Origin: Bacillota bacterium
GTDB lineage: Bacteria; Bacillota; Sulfobacillia; JAJZYS01; JAJYTV01
DNA length: 64,000 nucleotides
NCBI GenBank assembly: GCA_021793645.1
Contig: JAJYSJ010000011.1
Coordinates: forward strand, 22,515-86,514
Reading direction: 5' to 3'
Within the stretch, counting starts at the first letter, position 1, and every line of letters begins with the position of its first letter. Positions 1 through 9,623 of the stretch are shown piece by piece. Below the pieces are notes generated by a model. The model worked only from the letters and a program-made list of their open reading frames with translations. It did not search any database and was not told the origin of the DNA. The translations under genes and the position numbers were made by a program.

Positions 1-441
1 CGCGAGGCCCCACGTAGCCGCGAGTCGGGGTTCTTCCTCGGCGCCTCGCTCCTCGACCGCGTAACGCCCGAGATGGACTGCTACCGTGACGAGATCTTCG
101 GGCCGGTGCTCACCGTCGTGCGCACGGAGACTTACGAGGACGCCGTGCGCCTGGTCGAGGAGAACCCGTGGGGCAACGGCGCCGCCATCTTCACCCGCGA
201 CGGAGGCGTAGCCCGCCGCTTCCAGTTCGAGGTGGAGGCCGGCATGGTCGGGATCAACGTCCCGATCCCCGTGCCGGTCGGCTACTACTCCTTCGGCGGT
301 TGGAAGAACTCGCTCTTCGGCGACGCGCACATGTACGGACCGGACGGCGTCAGCTTCTATACCCGCCAGAAGGTCGTGACGAGCCGCTGGCCGGATCCCT
401 CGACGAGCGCCGTCGACCTCGGCTTCCCAAGCATGCGGTAG
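1..441 (+). CDS. mmsA: Methylmalonate-semialdehyde dehydrogenase (CoA-acylating), 3' partial. The frame is open from base 1, so the gene starts upstream of the window.
   Basis: Frame-1 translation from base 1 gives ...FFLGASLLDRVTPEMDCYRDEIFGPVL...GINVPIPVPVGYYSFGGWKNSLFGDAHMYGPDGVSFYTRQKVVTSRWP. This is the hallmark C-terminus of MmsA-type aldehyde dehydrogenases. Confidence 0.8.
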   Translation, partial: REAPRSRESGFFLGASLLDRVTPEMDCYRDEIFGPVLTVVRTETYEDAVRLVEENPWGNGAAIFTRDGGVARRFQFEVEAGMVGINVPIPVPVGYYSFGGWKNSLFGDAHMYGPDGVSFYTRQKVVTSRWPDPSTSAVDLGFPSMR

Positions 442-516
442 CGCGCTGCCGAAAAGTCTGCGATGCGCGAAGGAGAGGCGGCTCGCCCGCCTCTCCTTCA
501 GTGGGGACCCGACCGT

Positions 517-1589
517 TCAGGCGCTGCGGCTCCCCTCAGCGCCCAGGGTGGCAATCTCCTGGGCGACCCGCCGGGCCACCTCCTCGGTCAAGGCGGAGCC
601 GCGAAGGTCGACGGTGGTGACGCCGGCGGCAAGGGTGCGGGAGATCGCGCTGAGGATCCTCTCCGCCCACTCCCTATGCCGGAGGTGCTCGAGCAGCAGC
701 GCCGCGGACCAAACGGCGGCCATCGGATTCGCGATGCCTTTGCCTGCGATGTCCGGGGCCGAACCGTGCACTCGAAGAGCGAGGGGTGACGCCGCGTCGG
801 ATCGATGTTCGCGCTGGGGGCGAGTCCCATACCGCCAGCGATGCCGACGCCGAGGTCGGTAAGGATGTCGCCATGGAGGTTCGAGGTGACGACGACCCCG
901 AAGCGCGCCGGGTCGCGGACGAAGAGCATCGCTGCCGCGTCGACGAGCAGGTTCCAGGTGGCGACGTCCGGGTAGTCCTCCGCCACCTGGTTGAAGATCT
1001 CGTCCCAGAAGACGCCGCTGTAGTTCATCGCGTTCCCTTTCGAGATACTCGTGAGACTGCGGCCCGTCCTGCAGGCGAGCTCGAAGCCGTAGCGTATGAT
1101 GCGCTCGCAGACGACCCGCGAGAACACAGACGTCTGCAGGGCCATCGCGCGGCCAGGATCGCCGTGGAAGAGGAAGTCACCCCTGCCGCTATACTCCCCC
1201 TCCGTGTTCTCGCGTAGGATGATCATGTCGATGTCCTCTGGCCCACGTTCCGCGAGCGGCGTCGGCGGGCCGGGAAGAAGGCGCACGGCCGCAGGTTGAC
1301 ATACTGATCGAAGCCCTGGCGGATCGGCAGGAGCAATCCCCAGAGCGAGATGTGGTCCAGGACTTTCGGATCCTCGACGGCCCCGAGCTGGATCGCGTCG
1401 AACTCTTCGAGGATCTGGAGGCCGGCCCTCGGCATCATCTCGCCCTCGGCAAGGTAGCGCTCCATGCTCCTCGAAGTCGAAGGAGATCCCCGGGTCGAGC
1501 ACCGCCACCTGCCGAAGCGAGCGCAGCGCTTCCAACGTTACCTCCTACCCGATCCCGTCTCCCGGAATCACCGCGATGCAGTGGGCCAT
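517..1589 (-). pseudogene. Tartrate dehydrogenase/decarboxylase-like gene (isocitrate/isopropylmalate dehydrogenase family), disrupted by 1 nonsense codon and about 3 frameshifts.
   Basis: The start reads MAHCIAVIPGDGIG followed by TAG at codon 15, where Lys/Pro is expected. The rest is split over three frames: 588..1535, 1223..1465 (LEEFDAIQLGAVEDPKVLDHISLWGLLLPIRQGFDQYVNLRP) and 517..771 (HGSAPDIAGKGIANPMA). The middle carries IILRENTEGEYSG and NLHGDILTDLGVGIAGGMGLAPSANI. Confidence 0.75.
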
Positions 1590-1651
1590 GCAGGTTCCAC
1601 CTCCACCCGCTTTCACTGACGGCTGGTCCTCGCACCCCGTCTAGGCCAAGT

Positions 1652-2398
1652 TTACATGTAGGCGCCGCCGTTCGGTCCGAGCACTTGACCGGTGACGAAC
1701 GAGCTCGCAGGCGCCAACAGGAAGGCAACCGCTTGGGCAATGTCTACGGGCTCCCCGATGCGTGGCAGCAGGACGAGTTGGCTCTGGTGGTCGATGCCGC
1801 GCCGGCGGGACATCTCTGTGTCGATCAGGCCCGGCGCCACGACGTTCACCCGAATGCCCTGCGGTGCGAGTTCCCTCGCGAGCGACTTGCTGAACCCGAT
1901 CACCCCAGCCTTCGCTGCGGCGTAGTGCGTGCTGCCCGCGACCCCCATCAGCGCGGTGATCGAGGAGATATTGACGATCGCGCCGCCCTCCCGCAAGTGG
2001 CGAAGCGCCCCACGGCACATCAGGAAGACGCTCGTCAGGTCGGCCGCAAGCATCGCCTGCCATTCCACGAGCTCGATCTCCGAGAGCGGACTGCCGGTCC
2101 CGCCGATGCCCGCGTTGTTCACCAGTCCGTCGAGGCCGCCGCCCCACGCGGCGACCTCGTCGACCAAGCGCTCGACCGCCTGCGGGTCGGTCACGTCCGT
2201 CGGAAACGCCCGCACCCCGAGGTTCTCCCGCTCCATCTCCTCGGCCGCCTGCCCGACGTCGTCGGCGCGAAGGTCGTTCATCGCGACCTTCGCCCCCCGG
2301 CGGGCCAGCAGCTCGGCGATCGCGCGCCCGATGCCACGCGCCGCCCCACTGACTAGGAGAACCTTTCCGTCAAGCCCGAGTCCCTCGAAGCCGTTCAT
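1652..2398 (-). CDS. SDR-family oxidoreductase (FabG-like 3-oxoacyl reductase).
   Basis: GKVLLVSGAARGIGRAIA Rossmann motif, NNAG motif and YAAAKAG catalytic motif. 248 aa. Confidence 0.85.
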   Translation of the reverse strand: MNGFEGLGLDGKVLLVSGAARGIGRAIAELLARRGAKVAMNDLRADDVGQAAEEMERENLGVRAFPTDVTDPQAVERLVDEVAAWGGGLDGLVNNAGIGGTGSPLSEIELVEWQAMLAADLTSVFLMCRGALRHLREGGAIVNISSITALMGVAGSTHYAAAKAGVIGFSKSLARELAPQGIRVNVVAPGLIDTEMSRRRGIDHQSQLVLLPRIGEPVDIAQAVAFLLAPASSFVTGQVLGPNGGAYM

Positions 2399-2775
2399 GC
2401 CGACAACTCCTCTCGGTCATCCAACGCCGCAACGCCCCGAGCAGCGTGCGTACACCGAAAATGCACTCTTCGTCTGCCGTACGCTCCCGCGAGTTATGGC
2501 TGATGCCCTGCACACCTGGAACGAAGATCATGCTAGGCGCTACGGTCGCCATCATTCGCGCATCGTGCGAGGGTCCCTCCGAGCGCCTCGTCGCCAAGCT
2601 CCGCTGCTGCCGCAGCGTCCTGCCTGCTGGAGCCACTCCACTAGCTGGTCGCGGCCCTCGCGGTCGGCTCGCTCAGCGCAAGCCAGCTGACGCCGCCCCC
2701 TTCTGTGCGGCCGGAGGACCTGTCGAGCCGCACTAGGAGGCGGGTAGCGTCGATATCCATGCCCATTCCCCGTCC

Positions 2776-3904
2776 TCACGCGAGCGCCGTAAGCAGCGCG
2801 GCGAACAGCGCAGCCCGCTCCGGCAGCCGTTCAACCACCACGTGCGCTCGCATGCGCGCCACTGCCCACGGCGCCGCGCCCATCGAGCGTCGGGACGCCC
2901 AGGGCGGCGCTAAAGTTGCCGTCCCTTACCCCTCCGCTCTCGATCTCCTCCACCGAGACGCCCATCTCCTGGGCCAGCCGTCGGGCGAGATCGTAGAGAT
3001 GTGCCGCCGCCTCCCGCGGGAAGGGCGGCCTGTTCATGCCGCCGGTGACCCGGAGCCGCACGCCGTCCCCGACCAGCAAGAGCCCCCGGATCTCGGCCAC
3101 GAACCGCTCGGCCTGCGCCGCAGTGCGAACCCTGAGGTCGACGGTCGCCTCAGCCTCGACCGGGACGACGTTTGGCGCGATCCCTCCGCGCACGACTCCT
3201 ACCGTGACGCTGACGCCCGCCTGCGGGTCGTTCATCTCCTCTAGCCGCAGGATCTGCCGGGCGATCTCCCTGATGGCGCTGCGACCGGCGAGGGGCTCCG
3301 CCCCGGCGTGGGCGCTTCTCCCCTCCACGCGCAGAGCGAAGCGCCCCCATCCCTTCCGTGATGTCTTCAGGGCACCATGCACATCGGCGGGCTCCGGCGC
3401 GAGCACGGAACTGCTGTTATGCGCCAGCGACTCGATCAGTGTCCGCGACGCCGGGCTCCCAACCTCCTCGTCGCCCGTCAGCAGGTAGGTGACCGCCAGC
3501 CCATGAGGACGCCCTCACCGTACGATCTCCTCGAGCGCGAAGACGCTCAACGAGGCGCCGGCCTTCATGTCGTAGATGCCGGGGCCATACGCCCGCCCCT
3601 CCGCTACCTTGACCGGTCTACACTCAATCTCGCCGACCGGCCAGACCGTGTCGAGGTGGCAGAGCACAAGTATGGAGCGGGGACCGCGTCCCAGGCGGGC
3701 GATGACCGGCCGCACATACCCCTCGGCGTCCGCGGTCTCGATCTCGCAACCCGCGGCTGCCAGTCGCGTCGCAAGGCATCCGATCGCTCGTTCCACGCGA
3801 TCCGGCGCAGAGGTCGGCGACTCGATCCCGACCAGCTCTGCGATCCCTGCGAGGATCTCGTCTTGGCGCCCGCTGAAGGTCGCAAGAAGTTCCCGCGGGT
3901 CCAT
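2776..3904 (-). pseudogene. M20-family metallopeptidase (carboxypeptidase G2 / ArgE-DapE-like) with an in-frame TGA and a C-terminal frameshift.
   Basis: ORFs 3515..3904 and 2831..3406 are in the same frame, separated by TGA (EIVR*GRPHGLAVTYLLTGDEEVGS). The expected C-terminus HVVVERLPERAALFAALLTALA* is only recovered in the +1 frame after about 2850. The start ATG overlaps the upstream SDR stop as ATGA. Confidence 0.7.
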
Positions 3905-4716
3905 CAGTGTTGCTCGCCGTGGCTCATCGGCAGCCCATAGCGACCGGCAGTCACGCCTCCATCGACGCCGATGACTTGGCCCGTGATGTAGTTTGCGCCG
4001 CTGCCAAGCAGCATCAGGACGGCTGCCGCTATGTCTTCCGGGACGCCGATGCGGCCCAGCGGCACGCCGCTCGTGAACGCCCGGCGGTAGTCGTCGGTGA
4101 GGCTAGGGTTCTCGATCAGCCCGGGGGCGACACTGTTGACGAGGATGCGGTAGGGTGCCAGCTCCAGCGCCATCGTGCGGGTCAACATCACCACCGCGGC
4201 CTTTGAGGCGCAGTAGTGCGCGGAGCCCACGCGGGCGAATCGGTAGCTCCCGGAAGAAATCGTGACGATCTGCCGTATGTCCTGATCCTTGGCCGCCGCC
4301 GCCGCCATGCGGCGGGCGACTGCCTGGCAGACGAGGAACGTACCCTTCGCGTTGATGTCCATCACGCGGTCCCACGCCTCTTCCGTCATCTCGAGGAAGG
4401 GGTTGTCGGGAAAGATGCCAGCGTTGCTGACGAGGAAGTCGATGCCGCCAAGGTCGTTCTCGGCCCGCTCGACCATCGCCTGAACCTCGGGGCGCCGTCG
4501 CACGTCTGCCGCGTACCCGGATACCTCTCCGAACGGAGCGAGTGCATCGACCGCATGCTGCACTCGCTCCAGGCTAAGGTCGTTGACGGCGATGCGCGCT
4601 CCCCGTTCGAGGAGCGCCCGCGCCACGGCGAATCCTATGCCCTGCCCAGCGCCGGTCACCAGTACGCGTCGACCGTGGACGGGATCGGTTGCAGTCACGT
4701 TCTCCCTACCTCCCAT
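3904..4716 (-). CDS. SDR-family oxidoreductase.
   Basis: VLVTGAGQGIGFAVARAL, NAG and YCASKAA motifs. The stop overlaps the M20 start (ATGA), suggesting translational coupling. Confidence 0.85.
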   Translation of the reverse strand: MGGRENVTATDPVHGRRVLVTGAGQGIGFAVARALLERGARIAVNDLSLERVQHAVDALAPFGEVSGYAADVRRRPEVQAMVERAENDLGGIDFLVSNAGIFPDNPFLEMTEEAWDRVMDINAKGTFLVCQAVARRMAAAAAKDQDIRQIVTISSGSYRFARVGSAHYCASKAAVVMLTRTMALELAPYRILVNSVAPGLIENPSLTDDYRRAFTSGVPLGRIGVPEDIAAAVLMLLGSGANYITGQVIGVDGGVTAGRYGLPMSHGEQH

Positions 4717-4747
4717 GAGACCCAGATGCCTTGAACGGCCGGGAAGG

Positions 4748-5863
4748 TCAGGAATTCGCCATCACCGCCGCGAGTTCGAAGCGGCGATACTCCTCCTCGC
4801 AGGGCGTTCCTCCGGAAATCCAGATCGTTCGCGCCTCGAGATCCATAACGATCGACGCCGCCGAGAGCACCTGGTCGTAGGGGGCGTCCTCGGGGTTCAC
4901 GTGCCGGCAGATGCTATAGGGATAGCCGAAGTGATCGCGGAACATCCGCATGAAGGATTGCTCGTCGATGTGGCCCGCGTCCTGACGCAACAGGCGCCGT
5001 GCACGGTCGTAGCGGATCATCGACAGGGCAGAGCCGCCCCGCCGCATGTCGCGTCCCCTGAGCTCCGGGGTCAGGAAGTGGTTCGAGTGGGTGACGATGC
5101 CGTCCGACGTCAAAAGATAGTCAAAGCCGCGCGGCGTCGCCTCGATGTCGATCACTTCGCCACCCGCGCTTCCGATCAGAAAGTTTCCAGATGACCCGCG
5201 CTGCGGCAACGTAATCGCGGACGTCGCCTCGTGCAGGTGGCGCGCGGCAAGCACCTTGCGCAGGATCACGTGGTACGGGACCCCCATCTGGCCCTGGTCG
5301 TCTGCCGAGATCAGGAGGTTCGCGAGCACCCCAATCCCGTGCTCGTTGATACCAATCTTGCCGACGAAGCCTGCCTCCGTGAAGACGATCACCCGCGGCC
5401 GACTGGGCTCGTCGATGCCGAGGATTGCCGTGCGGTCGGCGACGATCGCCTTCCAGTCCCAGTTCTGGCCGATTAGCGTGTGGCCGGAGACCGTCTCCTC
5501 CGGCAGCACGCCCGCCGACGTACACTCGTCGCCGACATCAACCTTTTTCGCTGCCGGCCGGTTCTGCAGGCCGTAGAGGATTTCCGTCCGCGCGTTCAGC
5601 GCGACGATGTCGCCGAGATCGAGGTTCGAACCCCGCGCGAGCCCACGCATCTCGTCGAGCAGGTCCGGCGCGTAGTCGCTGATGACCGGGACGATCTCCG
5701 CGGCGTACTTTCGCACCGCGTCGACGGAGACGCCAACGCCCTTCGTGAACACCTCCATGTACGCGGCGACGTTCTCGTGGATGTCCGCGCGCAGCGCCTC
5801 ACCGATCTGAGCCCCGCACGCCTCAGGGCTGCCGGACACCTTGACGAACGGAATCTCCCGCAT
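4748..5863 (-). CDS. Peptidase C45 / acyl-CoA:6-aminopenicillanic acid acyltransferase-family protein.
   Basis: GQNWDW motif and a Cys nucleophile context (DECTSAG). About 370 aa when started at MREIPFVKVSG (ATG at 5861..5863). The ORF-track N-terminal extension is Arg/Ser-rich filler. Confidence 0.7.
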   Translation of the reverse strand: MREIPFVKVSGSPEACGAQIGEALRADIHENVAAYMEVFTKGVGVSVDAVRKYAAEIVPVISDYAPDLLDEMRGLARGSNLDLGDIVALNARTEILYGLQNRPAAKKVDVGDECTSAGVLPEETVSGHTLIGQNWDWKAIVADRTAILGIDEPSRPRVIVFTEAGFVGKIGINEHGIGVLANLLISADDQGQMGVPYHVILRKVLAARHLHEATSAITLPQRGSSGNFLIGSAGGEVIDIEATPRGFDYLLTSDGIVTHSNHFLTPELRGRDMRRGGSALSMIRYDRARRLLRQDAGHIDEQSFMRMFRDHFGYPYSICRHVNPEDAPYDQVLSAASIVMDLEARTIWISGGTPCEEEYRRFELAAVMANS

Positions 5864-5879
5864 CGTGCTCGCCTCCCTC

Positions 5880-6710
5880 TCAGCCTTTGCGCGAACGGAA
5901 CTCCTCGGCGGCCTCGTCGAGCCTGACGAAGGTTGCCCCACGGCCCTTGAGCTCGACGATCAACCGCTCCAGCATCAGCATGCGGTGCCCCCGTCCGGAT
6001 ACCTGCGGGTGGAATGTGAAGCTGAGAACGCCCCAGTCGGTGTTTCGACGCATGTACTCGAAGTCGCCGAGCCAATTCGCAAGGACGTCATCCGCATTGT
6101 GCAGCCCTTGCTGCAGGTAGGTCGGCATTCGCAGGTATTCGAAGTGCGGGAAGTCGTCGAGCGACCAGTGGATCGGCATCTCCACGAGGTCGGTCTCCAC
6201 GCCGAACTGCGCGGGCATGTCGGCGGTGATCACGTCCCCCTGCCGGGCAAAGTACGGCGTGAAGTCGTTCCCCATCATGCTGCTGTCGTACTTGAAGCCG
6301 TGCTTGCGCAGGAGTTCGACCGTGTGAGGGCTGAGGTCCCACGACGGAGAGCGGTACCCGGTGGCGAGCTTTCCCGTGATGCGTTTGATCACTTCGTTGG
6401 CGCGGACGATCACCGCTTCCTCCTGTTCGCGCATCAGCGTGGCCGGCGGCTCGTGCGTATAGCCGTGGTGCGCGAGCTCGTGCCCTTCGCGGAAGATCCG
6501 CGCGGAGATCTCGGGATACGTCTCGAGAGTGTGGCCTGGCGTGAACCAGGTCCCCTTGATCTGGTAGCGCTCGAGCAGCCGGAGGATGCGGTCGGTTCCA
6601 ACGACGCCGAACTCGCCGCGGGAGATCGGTGTCGGCGACGTCATGTTGCGCACGATGTAGAGCGACATTGCGTCGAAGTCGAAGCCGAACGTGACTAGGT
6701 GCCTGGCCAT
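5880..6710 (-). CDS. Polysaccharide deacetylase (NodB-homology) family protein, possibly a PuuE-type allantoinase.
   Basis: 276 aa. TWFTPGH, HGYTHE and NodB-type His/Asp motifs. Confidence 0.75.
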   Translation of the reverse strand: MARHLVTFGFDFDAMSLYIVRNMTSPTPISRGEFGVVGTDRILRLLERYQIKGTWFTPGHTLETYPEISARIFREGHELAHHGYTHEPPATLMREQEEAVIVRANEVIKRITGKLATGYRSPSWDLSPHTVELLRKHGFKYDSSMMGNDFTPYFARQGDVITADMPAQFGVETDLVEMPIHWSLDDFPHFEYLRMPTYLQQGLHNADDVLANWLGDFEYMRRNTDWGVLSFTFHPQVSGRGHRMLMLERLIVELKGRGATFVRLDEAAEEFRSRKG

Positions 6711-6798
6711 TGAAATCCCTCCCAGCGGAGTGGTGGCTCGCCGCGCGGCGGGCTAATTGCGAGCGGGGAGAGGCAAGGCCCCTCCCCGCTCCAGACCG

Positions 6799-8160
6799 TC
6801 AGCTTGCAATCTCCTGCAGGCGCAGGTGGACGGTGCGGATACCGAGGCTGAGGATGATCACGCCCGAGAGCGCGACGATCCCGGCCAGGAGACCGAAGGT
6901 CCCCGATGCCCCGAGGGCGCTCATCGCCCAGACGACGATAAACGGCGCTACGGCGCCGCCGACATGGCCGACTCCATCGCCGATGGAGGTCGCCGTCGCC
7001 CGTGCACGGGTTGGGAACGCCTCCGCAGTGTAGACATAGGCTGCCGAGTTCGCAGCGATCATCATCGCCGAGAAGAACGAGCCGATGAACGTCAGCACCG
7101 GATTCGCGTTGATGGCCATCAGCACAAGCGCGATGGCGAAGATGAAGGCGATCGAGGAGACGGTCACCTTGCGTTCGAACTTGTCGATCAAGAGGTACAC
7201 GATCACCGCACCGAGCGGAATTGCGATGTCTCCCAGAGCACTGAAGAGGAGACCGTTCGGCGTCGACATCCCCTGCTTGATGAGGAGCGTGGGCTCGTAA
7301 CCGAGGTAGGCGTACACCGTGATGTACCAGACGAGCCAGAACGCCAGCGTAACCAGAAGTCTGCCGAGATACGGGGCTTTGAACAGAAACGCCGTCGGGA
7401 AGCCGCTTTCGCTCGCCTCCGCGACGGGTGGCGGCAGTTCCGGCAGGCTACCGAAGCGGCGCGTCGCGTTGGCTTCCATCTTCTGTACCATCTGCTCGGC
7501 CTCTTCCTCGCGGCCGTGTAGTACCAGCCAGCGGGGCGATTCCGGTAGCAGGTTCTTGCGTGCAAAGATGGAGACGAGTGCGACGAGGGCACCGAAGGCG
7601 TAGATGAGCCGCCAGCCGTCCGCGCCAGTGCCGAGGAGCCAGAGCGCGAGGAACGGCGTGACACCGAGCCCGAAGCCGCCCCAGAGGTAGTTCGCCTGCA
7701 TGTACTTGCCGCGCCGACCAGCCGGGGAAAGCTCCGTGATGATCGTTGCTGCCAAGGACAGCTCCGCACCCATCCCGAGGCCGGTGATGAAGCGGTAGAT
7801 GGTGAGCGTTGTGACGTCCGTGCTGAACGCCGCGAGCAGGCTGCCGAGGGCGAGGATCCCGACCGTCACCAGCATCGCGCGACGCCTGCCGATGATGTCG
7901 GCGACGTTGCCAAGGATGTAGGCTCCGATTACGTAGCCGAACAGGTTGGCAGTAACCGGATAGGCGATCTGATAGCCCTGCATGTGGAAGAACTTCGTGA
8001 GGGTCGGCAGGGTGAAGCTGATCGTCAGTATGTCGTAGAAAGCGAAGAAGTAAGCGACACCGACCAAGACAAGGACGCCATATGACAGTGACCAGCTGGG
8101 AAGCCGATCAATCCGCGCGTTCAGGTTCGCGATCCGCATCGCTTGCGCATCACTGTGCAT
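6799..8160 (-). CDS. MFS transporter (metabolite/sugar porter-like).
   Basis: 12-TM-like hydrophobic profile. Motif-A-like GNVADIIGRRRAM, and PESPRWLV typical of the sugar-porter family. Start placed at MHSDAQAMRI (ATG 8158..8160). Confidence 0.85.
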   Translation of the reverse strand: MHSDAQAMRIANLNARIDRLPSWSLSYGVLVLVGVAYFFAFYDILTISFTLPTLTKFFHMQGYQIAYPVTANLFGYVIGAYILGNVADIIGRRRAMLVTVGILALGSLLAAFSTDVTTLTIYRFITGLGMGAELSLAATIITELSPAGRRGKYMQANYLWGGFGLGVTPFLALWLLGTGADGWRLIYAFGALVALVSIFARKNLLPESPRWLVLHGREEEAEQMVQKMEANATRRFGSLPELPPPVAEASESGFPTAFLFKAPYLGRLLVTLAFWLVWYITVYAYLGYEPTLLIKQGMSTPNGLLFSALGDIAIPLGAVIVYLLIDKFERKVTVSSIAFIFAIALVLMAINANPVLTFIGSFFSAMMIAANSAAYVYTAEAFPTRARATATSIGDGVGHVGGAVAPFIVVWAMSALGASGTFGLLAGIVALSGVIILSLGIRTVHLRLQEIAS

Positions 8161-8299
8161 CCAGGTGCCCCCTTGCTTTCGTAAAATTGGGGGAGTGGGT
8201 TGCTGCCTCTGACCGAATGTCCAAGGCCACTGGGTTGATGCGGTACACGAGGACGCAGACAAGTGCGGGACCTCCGCGGGCGACGAGGCACCAACACCT

Positions 8300-9600
8300 C
8301 GTCGGACAAGGCGTATGCTGTGCCTGCTATCCCTCCCTTCGGCCGTATCCTGCCGGCGCCCACGGCGAGCCGTCCATGTGCCCCATCCAGATACCGCACT
8401 CTAATACTCCCACTTGGCGCATTGACATTGGTTCACCTGTGTGCATTGTGCACCAAAACGCTCCGGTAGACACCGTTCTATCTGGCCCAGAGGGACTCGT
8501 CGACGACCGCCCGCAGCCCGCTCCGCGCGACGCGGCGAATGAGCCCGAGGCGCGTGATCGAGAGTAGCGGCCAGCAGTGCGATCGAGGTCCAGGATGCCT
8601 CCATAGATCACAGCGGCTGCAATGGAGTTGCAGATCCCGAGTGCTCCGTTCCGTAGAATTCCGCAACGGCCAGGGTTACCGAGGTGATGCCGAATCCGAC
8701 AGCCCCCCCATCGCAATCGTCCCGATCGTCACCGCGACCACGCTGGACGGCAACATCAGCGCGAGAGAGCCAACCACCATACTGTAGGCGCGAGCGACGC
8801 CCGGCCGAAGCGGTTGGCAATGTGGCCGGCCAACAACGAAGTGAGGATCACGCTGAGCCGCATGAGGAGGGACGAGCGCACTCGCACGCACTCCAAGGCG
8901 CAAGTACGACGGGAACCATGCAAGAAATCCGTTGACGATCATCAGGCCCGTGACCGAGATGCCGAGAATGGCCAGAGGCTCGACCAGGTAAGCCAGTCTC
9001 CACCCAATCTGCGAACTCCGGACGCCGAGGCTAGTTCGCGGGGATCGGCGTTCCTTCCCGACACGACGAGGAGTGTAAGCGGCAACGTGAGGCACCCGAC
9101 AAGGCTGCCGATCGCTGCGCCTTCCCCAAACTACCGGGCCAGGATCAGCAGGACGCCAAACGCAGAGAAAATCTCGATGCCCTGCGCACCTTCCAGGATG
9201 CCGACGGCGAAACCGCGGTGCGCGTCCCCGAAACTGCGGGCCAGTAGCCGCACAGTGGCGGGGTAGAGCAACGAACCGCCGACGCCCATGCCGATCCTTC
9301 CCGAGAGGGCCTGCCAAAGCGTGTGCGACCCGACGAAGCCCAACGTCGCGACCGCGAGGATGGCAATGCCTAGGCCCGCCATGCGCCGGCTGCTGTATCG
9401 GTCGGCGAACACGCCGCTTGCAACGCGGCGTAGGCGATGAAGAACGCAGAGAAGAGCACCCCGCCCATGACATGGTTGACGTGGAAGCACCTATCAGAGC
9501 GCGCAGAAACGGCGAGGCGGAGAGCCGAAGGGCCTGCGAGGGGAAGATGCAGAGCACCACGGTGACGAGCACCATCAGTTCGGGACGGTACTCCGCTTTC
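8300..9600 (-). pseudogene. Remnants of a second MFS transporter, multiply frameshifted.
   Basis: The 9131..9490 frame has MFS motif A (SGVFADRYSSRRMAGLG) plus TM segments. Other frames (8676..9575, 8327..8716) carry further TM-like pieces (MIVNGFLAWFPSYL). No single frame is open across the region. Confidence 0.45.
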
Positions 9601-9623
9601 GCTCGCTGTCTTCCCTTAGGTCG

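Noticed and set aside
3491-3493. In-frame TGA in the M20 peptidase gene read as selenocysteine or recoding.
   Set aside because: TGA terminates other genes here. M20 enzymes are not selenoproteins. The position is not a conserved Cys. No SECIS-like hairpin was seen immediately downstream. A second lesion (frameshift) in the same gene points to a pseudogene.
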